NCBI GenBank assembly: GCA_964016885.1 | Contig: OZ024740.1 | Coordinates: 207,514,001-207,578,000 of the forward strand | Reading direction: 5' to 3' | Length of the DNA stretch: 64,000 nucleotides | From: Eledone cirrhosa | Lineage: Eukaryota | Part shown: positions 57,831 to 64,000 of the stretch, one piece after another | Layout of the letters: every line of letters begins with the position of its first letter | Numbering within the stretch: position 1 is the stretch's first letter | Notes under the pieces: model-generated | Seen by the model: only the letters and a program-made list of their open reading frames with translations | Told to the model about the DNA's origin: nothing | Database searches by the model: none | Program-made: the position numbers and the translations under genes

Positions 57831-60316
57831 AAAGAAGAAATTAAAAGATGGTTAAAGAAGTTCCATATATTTTATTATGCGCATTTCGAAAACAACATCC
57901 TCCTGGGACAAAAATTGCGTTCTCATCAGATAAAAAAGGTAACATGATATGAGGCCTAAAAACACTTGTCAACAGGAAAGTGCAAAACCTACATATGACA
58001 GAAAATATAAGAGTAAGAAAAAGATGGGAATATAGAAAAAAAGAAAGGAGAAAAAGGAAAAAGAAAGTGAGGAGAGGAAAAAAGGAAAAAGAAAGAAGGA
58101 AGAGAGAGAAAGAGTAAGAGAGAGAGGCTTTTGATCAGGAACGCTATCAAAATGAAAACAGCTGTAAATAACGGCTAAAAAGTAAATTAATAACCACCCT
58201 AATAATGTTAAAACTGCTATAGTCAGAAGTGTGGAAAAAAGAATTTCTAATTTATCGTCTAACAAAGATATCTTCGAAGCTAACACCAACTATTATAATA
58301 ATGCGCTATCTAGGGCTGGATTTCTAGACAAAATTAGGTATACTAAGGAAACTAATCTTGGCAGAGCCTATAGTAACTCTAGTAATGTAGCTAGTAATAA
58401 TCATACCACTAACAAAAGGGGGAAAGCTAGATATAAAAATATCCTTTGGTACAACGCTCCCTTCTCTCTCTCCGTTATTAATAATATCCCTAAATTATTT
58501 TTTAGGGCTTTATATAACAGCTTCCCTCCTTCACATATATATAGCAAGATATTCAATAAGCATACTATTAAATTCTCATACTCCACTACCTCAAACATTT
58601 CTAAAATTATCTCAAGACATAAAATATTAAAGAATAACTCAAATGCATCCAACCATGAGAGTCATAATAATAACACTATAAGGCTCGACGTCAATGTAAA
58701 CTCTAGGCAAAATAACACAAGTATAAATACGACGTCAAACGTAACTTTGAGGAATACATCAAATAGTAATGTAAATCTAGAAACTTTAGCACCACCTTTA
58801 GTTAATTTCACCACTCCAGTTCCTAATATAATTAATCCTGGGCCACTTGCAAATAACACTGTAAATAATCTTAATCGTAAACGCAACTGCCCTATTAGAA
58901 CTAATTGTCCTCTTAGTAATTTCTGTCTCGATAAAAACCTAGTATATGAATGTAAAGTGGTAACTAGTACCTATACCTACGTTGGCTCTACTTCTACCTC
59001 TTTTAAAGCAATATTCTATAATCATTCTTCTTCATTTAAATATCCACTTAAAAGGACCAGCACCGCACTCTCAGAGCTTATTTGGACCTTAAAAGACAAA
59101 AACATTAATTAAGAAATTTCTTGGCGTAAAATCTACAACATATCTCCATACTCCAATGCTTCCATATTTAGTGTTTGTAATTTATGTCTAGTTGAAAAAT
59201 TTACCATTATCTCGAATTTCAACTCTATAATAAATAGAAGAACAGATTTATTTGGTCTTTGCAATCATAAATCCTTCAAGACCTTTCACAAAGTATATCG
59301 CTAATGTCCTATAACTTTTCCTACGAATAACGGTTAATTTTTTACACATTTCTTTTTTTTTTTACATATATATTCTTTTTACATATATATTTTATATATA
59401 TATATATTTTTTTACACATATTTCATTACATTCTACAATGCATTAATTTAGTTTTCTCAGCATATATTAAGCATTTGACTTTTTTCGATAGCCTTAAATT
59501 TTCGCTCAAACCTTCGTAGATTTTCTAAACAAATTATGACGTCGTATGTTTTTCTATGTTTATAAATCATTCTAGCAATTTCCTTTATTTACTTGTTGAT
59601 ATAAAATAATAATTAAATAGTATACCCCACATATATTGATTTTTTAATAGAAATTTTTAATTTTGACATAGATAGACTATTTTTATTTTTTTATTTTATT
59701 TTATTTTATTTTATTTTATTTTATTTTATTTTATTTTATATAAAAATCTTTTTTTATACTTATTTTAATTTAATTTAATTTAATTTTATTAATACATTTT
59801 TACACTTTTTAATCCAAGTTTTAGTATTTAAACCCAATATAAAATAATTGTTTCTACTTTTGGCACAAGACCAGCAATTACCCAGTACATTACTGGTACT
59901 TTATTTTATCGACCCCCGTAAGGATGTTTTAGACCTCTAATATTTGAATACCATCTATAATATTCGCACATAGACCTCACCGTTATTTACAGCTGTTTTC
60001 ATTTTGACAGCGTTCCTGATCAAAAGTCTCTCTCTCTCTCTCTTACTCTTTCTCTCTCTTCCTTCTTTCTTTTCCTTTTTTCCTCTCCTCACTTTCTTTT
60101 TCCTTTTTCTCCTTCTTTCTTTTTTTCTATTTTCCTATCTTTTCTGTCATATGTAGGTTTTGCACTTTCCTGTTGACAAGTGTTTTTAGGCCTCATATCA
60201 TGTTACCTTATTTTATCTGACGAGAAAACAATTTTTGTCCCAGGATGATGTTGTTTTCGAAATGCGCATAATAAAATATATGGAACTTCTTTAAACATCT
60301 TTTAATTTCTTCTTTA
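57831..60316 (+). mobile_element. 5'-truncated PLE with upstream inverted pLTR
   Basis: NHP...ILWYNAPFS...IFNKHTIKFSYS...CPLSNFCL..NLVYECKV..YVGST (about 58190-59304, stop at 59110); arms 57831-58174/59980-60316. Confidence 0.9.
60211..60276 (+). ncRNA. Minimal type I HHR in a PLE pLTR
   Basis: TTTTAT-CTGACGA-GAAAACAA/TTGTTTTC-GAAA-TGCGCA-TA-ATAAAA; mirror copy at about 57872-57936. Confidence 0.85.
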
Positions 60317-60411
60317 ATATATACCCCAGTTCTACCAACTGTTGAGTGCTACTTATCTGATATATGCATAGTTTTATTGTTCTACAATAATACTCATCTT
60401 CTATATATATA

Positions 60412-60573
<162 letters not shown>

Positions 60574-60703
60574 CGGCCTGCCCACTCACCCAGTGGGATG
60601 GCGTTATCTTATGGCTAAAACACCACGACGTGCTGTGATCAGCGGCACCGAATGGACGCCCGACAGACATATATATGTAGACAGACATATATATATATGT
60701 CTG

Positions 60704-60750
<47 letters not shown>

Positions 60751-60754
<4 letters not shown>

Positions 60755-61386
60755 AGGTCACCAGTTGGTGCTACTGGTAACATGTATCCCAGTACAACCT
60801 GTCTCATGGTCGGGTCGTTGGCGACTAAACTGGCAACCCCACCAAGGTTTCTTGGTGAGGAGGGTGACTTTGGACATCCTGCAGGACTAAAAACAAAACC
60901 TGTCAAAGGCCAAAGGAGCTCTTAAGAGTCAATGGCCATCCAAAATCACCGGGAGAGATGACCCCTTTAGCCTTAGTCAAGGCAGAATTCTAGGAGAAGG
61001 AAAACTCTGATATAACACCTGCAACCCTGATGGTATCCAATGATGTTGACTTGTTCTTCTTTTTGGTAAATAGCATCTTGGTTAAGAGAGTGGGACTGGC
61101 TTTGTGCAGTGCCTTTGCTCACTATAAAAGCTTCACGGCACAGGCATTGCTTTATATCTGGAGATCTCTCTGCACTTGTCCTCACATGGGCCCAGCACTA
61201 TGTGTCAATGATTGTCCTACCATGGGCCTAGCACTATGTGTCAATGATTGTCACAGGTGTAGTGTTTGTACCAGAGGTTTCAAGTCGCTGGCTGGACTAA
61301 AAAGTCACACTCGTTCAGCGCTTCGGTAGGGGTTATCCTACATGGATGTAAAGTAGTGGCCGTACTCGAAAACGAGTTGGCAGCCA

Positions 61387-61389
<3 letters not shown>
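60751..61389 (+). mobile_element. RTE-derived short element with a 35-bp internal duplication
   Basis: CATGGGCC(C/T)AGCACTATGTGTCAATGATTGTC occurs twice; CSVCTRGFKSLAGLKSHTRS. Confidence 0.85.
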
Positions 61390-61469
<80 letters not shown>

Positions 61470-61471
61470 CG

Positions 61472-61661
61472 TAGGTCCCGGGTTGAGTCGGGGATAACCA
61501 CAGTAAGTAAGGTACTCAATACATGGCAGAGTAAAATTTTTTATTTTATAGAAGGAGCTTCTACATGACTAGTACTGTTTCATTGAGATGAAATCTTCAA
61601 TGCTTCCTGAAGATTTCATCTGAATGAAACAGTACTAGTCCTGTAGAAGCTCCTTCTATAA

Positions 61662-61711
<50 letters not shown>

Positions 61712-61770
61712 CTGATGATTTCTAAAGAATGAAACAGTCCTAGTCCTGTAGAATCTCATCTATATTAAAA
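61472..61770. mobile_element. Family-B fold-back plus a solo HHR copy
   Basis: GCTTC-CTGAAGA...GAAACAG...CTGTA-GAAGC at 61602-61650; ATTC-CTGATGA...CTGTA-GAAT at 61708-61754 (stem I covaries). Confidence 0.8.
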
Positions 61771-61789
61771 CTATATATATATATATATA

Positions 61790-62025
61790 TATATGATATT
61801 AATAAATGGAAACTATATTTATAAAACCATATTTATTTCATTATACATATTTCAGGGATACCAAATTAAATTATGGTATTCCTTCATCAGACAAAATACA
61901 ATATATTGTTATATATTGTATTTTGTCTGATGAAGGAATACCATAATTTAATTTGGTATCCCTGAAATATGTATAATGAAATAAATATGGTTTTATAAAT
62001 ATAGTTTCCATTTATTAATATCATA
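61790..62025. mobile_element. Family-C perfect fold-back with two HHRs
   Basis: Centre at about 61908; CTGATGA at 61927, GAAA at 61964. Confidence 0.85.
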
Positions 62026-62181
62026 TATATATATATATATTTTACAAATAAGCTTTGACGTACCCTTTTAAAATGCAACCATTATTTTTGGAAGCCATCT
62101 GGATAGTGAATTGTTTATATTATTTTAATAAGTCTTAGTGTTAAGGACAATTAGAAAAAGTTTCTTTTGTGATCCTTCAAT

Positions 62182-63864
62182 ATGAAGGATCACAAAAGAA
62201 ACTTTGAAAATGATTTACCAGTCAGATTGATTGCACCATCTAAATCTGACCTGGGCAAACTTAGCAAAAATATTCTAAACAGAGTAATACAACAAATTAA
62301 AAACTTACCTAATTTATCTTACTTAACATTATGGAAAGGGACTAGTGAGGTTATCGATTGGTTTAAAGAAATTAAATATAACTATAATAATAAGTTTATT
62401 CAGCTGGATATTGCTAACTACTATTCATCTATCACTCCTAATCTACTGAATAAGGCACTAAATTACGCATTTAAACATACAGACCTAACTAGCAATGAAA
62501 TGCACATTATATTATCGGCAAGGAAAACATTGATAGAATTTAATAACCAACTCTGGACTAGGGCAGATAGAAATAATAATTTTGACATAACTATGGGATC
62601 ATCAGACTCAGCTCAGGTAACGGACCTTGTGGGCCTATTTATAATTAATTCGCTACATAGAAAAATACCAGGTGTAACCGGAGGCTTATATCGTGATGAC
62701 ATGCTTTTACTTATAGAAAATAATAGCTGTGAACTAAATAGAAAAAGAAAACAAATTATACAATTTTTTAATTACCTTAATCTAAAAGTAGAAATAGAGA
62801 ATAACCATAAAATAGTCAATTTTCTTGATGTAACACTAAATCTCAACACATGTCTTCATTATCCATTTCACAAACTAAATGAGAACTTGAATTATGTTAA
62901 TTTTAACTCTAATCACCCCAGATCTGTTAAAAATACTATAGTGAACTCTGTTCAAGAACGAATTTCAAGAATTTCATCTAATAAAAATATATTTGATGAA
63001 AAAGCGCAGTATTACAACGAAGCGTTAGGTAGAGCTGGATATAGAAATAAAATTAAATACATCGATAATAATAATAATAAGCAAACTAACCAAAATAATA
63101 ACAATTTTAATTATGGTAACAACTTTAACAACTATAATAGAAAACATTACAATATTTCCGAAAGCCGAAAAAGAAATAGAACTAGGAATATATTATGGTT
63201 CGCTCCTCCTTTCTCACTAAATATTAAAACCCCTATTGCTAAACTATTCTTTAAAGCTCTTGACAAACGCTTCCCTAGAACACATAAATATTACTCAATT
63301 TTTAATAGACATACTATAAAATTAACTTACTCGTCCACCAAAAATTTAGCACAAAATATTAATAGAATTAATAATAGAAACTTAAAACCTAACCAAAATA
63401 CCAATAATAACCCAAGCAATATTCAATTGAATAACTGTAACTGTAGAAATAAATCTAACTGTCCGTTAAATAATAACTGCTTAGCTAAAAATGTAGTGTA
63501 CAATTGTAATGTTAAAACTAATTTAAATTCATTTAACTATGTCGGTTCTACCTCTACAGAATTTAAATTTCGCTTCAATAATCATAAAAATTCTTTCACA
63601 GATCCAAACAAAAAATCTTCAGCTTCGCTATCTAGCCTACTATGGGACCTTAAACGAAATAATGTTAAATATTCGATGACTTGGAATATTATTTCACAAG
63701 CTACTCCTTTTAATTCCTCTTCAGAAAATTGTGATCTTTGTATTGAAGAAATATTCTTTATATTAAAGTCCAAAAATTCCCTCAATTTAAGGAATAATTT
63801 ATTCAGTTGCTGCAGACATAGATTGAACTCAACGTTTAAATATAAATATAAATTTAAAATGTAG
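62182..63864 (+). CDS. Penelope-like retroelement RT plus GIY-YIG endonuclease (resembles the Hydra clade), probably 5'-truncated
   Basis: KDHK, RLIAPSKS, IQLDIANYYSSI, TMGS, LYRDD, NFLDVT, SNHP, CNCR..CPL...C, VVY...YVGST, CDLC, CRH; 560 uninterrupted codons. Confidence 0.9.
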   Translation: MKDHKRNFENDLPVRLIAPSKSDLGKLSKNILNRVIQQIKNLPNLSYLTLWKGTSEVIDWFKEIKYNYNNKFIQLDIANYYSSITPNLLNKALNYAFKHTDLTSNEMHIILSARKTLIEFNNQLWTRADRNNNFDITMGSSDSAQVTDLVGLFIINSLHRKIPGVTGGLYRDDMLLLIENNSCELNRKRKQIIQFFNYLNLKVEIENNHKIVNFLDVTLNLNTCLHYPFHKLNENLNYVNFNSNHPRSVKNTIVNSVQERISRISSNKNIFDEKAQYYNEALGRAGYRNKIKYIDNNNNKQTNQNNNNFNYGNNFNNYNRKHYNISESRKRNRTRNILWFAPPFSLNIKTPIAKLFFKALDKRFPRTHKYYSIFNRHTIKLTYSSTKNLAQNINRINNRNLKPNQNTNNNPSNIQLNNCNCRNKSNCPLNNNCLAKNVVYNCNVKTNLNSFNYVGSTSTEFKFRFNNHKNSFTDPNKKSSASLSSLLWDLKRNNVKYSMTWNIISQATPFNSSSENCDLCIEEIFFILKSKNSLNLRNNLFSCCRHRLNSTFKYKYKFKM

Positions 63865-64000
63865 TATAATTAATTAAGTAATTTAGTTAATATATGAAAC
63901 CTGTCGATAAATCATTAGATTCCTTCACCTTTTTCTTTTTAAATTTTCTTCCTAAATATAAACATAGATATAATAAACTACTCTAAAATGTTTATACTTC

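Noticed and set aside
60751-60835. HDV-like ribozyme at the 5' end of the RTE-derived element
   Set aside because: CCAGT/ACTGG and CTAA are suggestive, but P1 and P3 could not be built and the diverged copy lacks the putative catalytic C.

Overview
AT-rich, microsatellite-dense animal DNA, most likely an octopod cephalopod (inferred from repeat types, not proven). No host protein-coding exon is supportable; almost all listed ORFs are microsatellite artefacts. The window is dominated by transposons: Penelope-like elements (one long intact RT+GIY-YIG ORF at 62182-63864, one frameshifted copy, several 3' fragments), RTE LINEs and an RTE-derived short element, CRE and R4/Dong relics, deleted mariner and Chapaev3 elements, and two tRNA-derived SINE families. 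Many short non-coding fold-back elements sit inside (TA)n tracts, and most carry hammerhead-ribozyme (HHR) motifs. The main candidate novelty is a repeated RNA motif (six copies, two sequence families) that has the HHR core elements in a non-canonical order. Covarying helices and a kink-turn would wire it into a cage-like, doubly pseudoknotted hammerhead. All folds were derived by eye and are untested.
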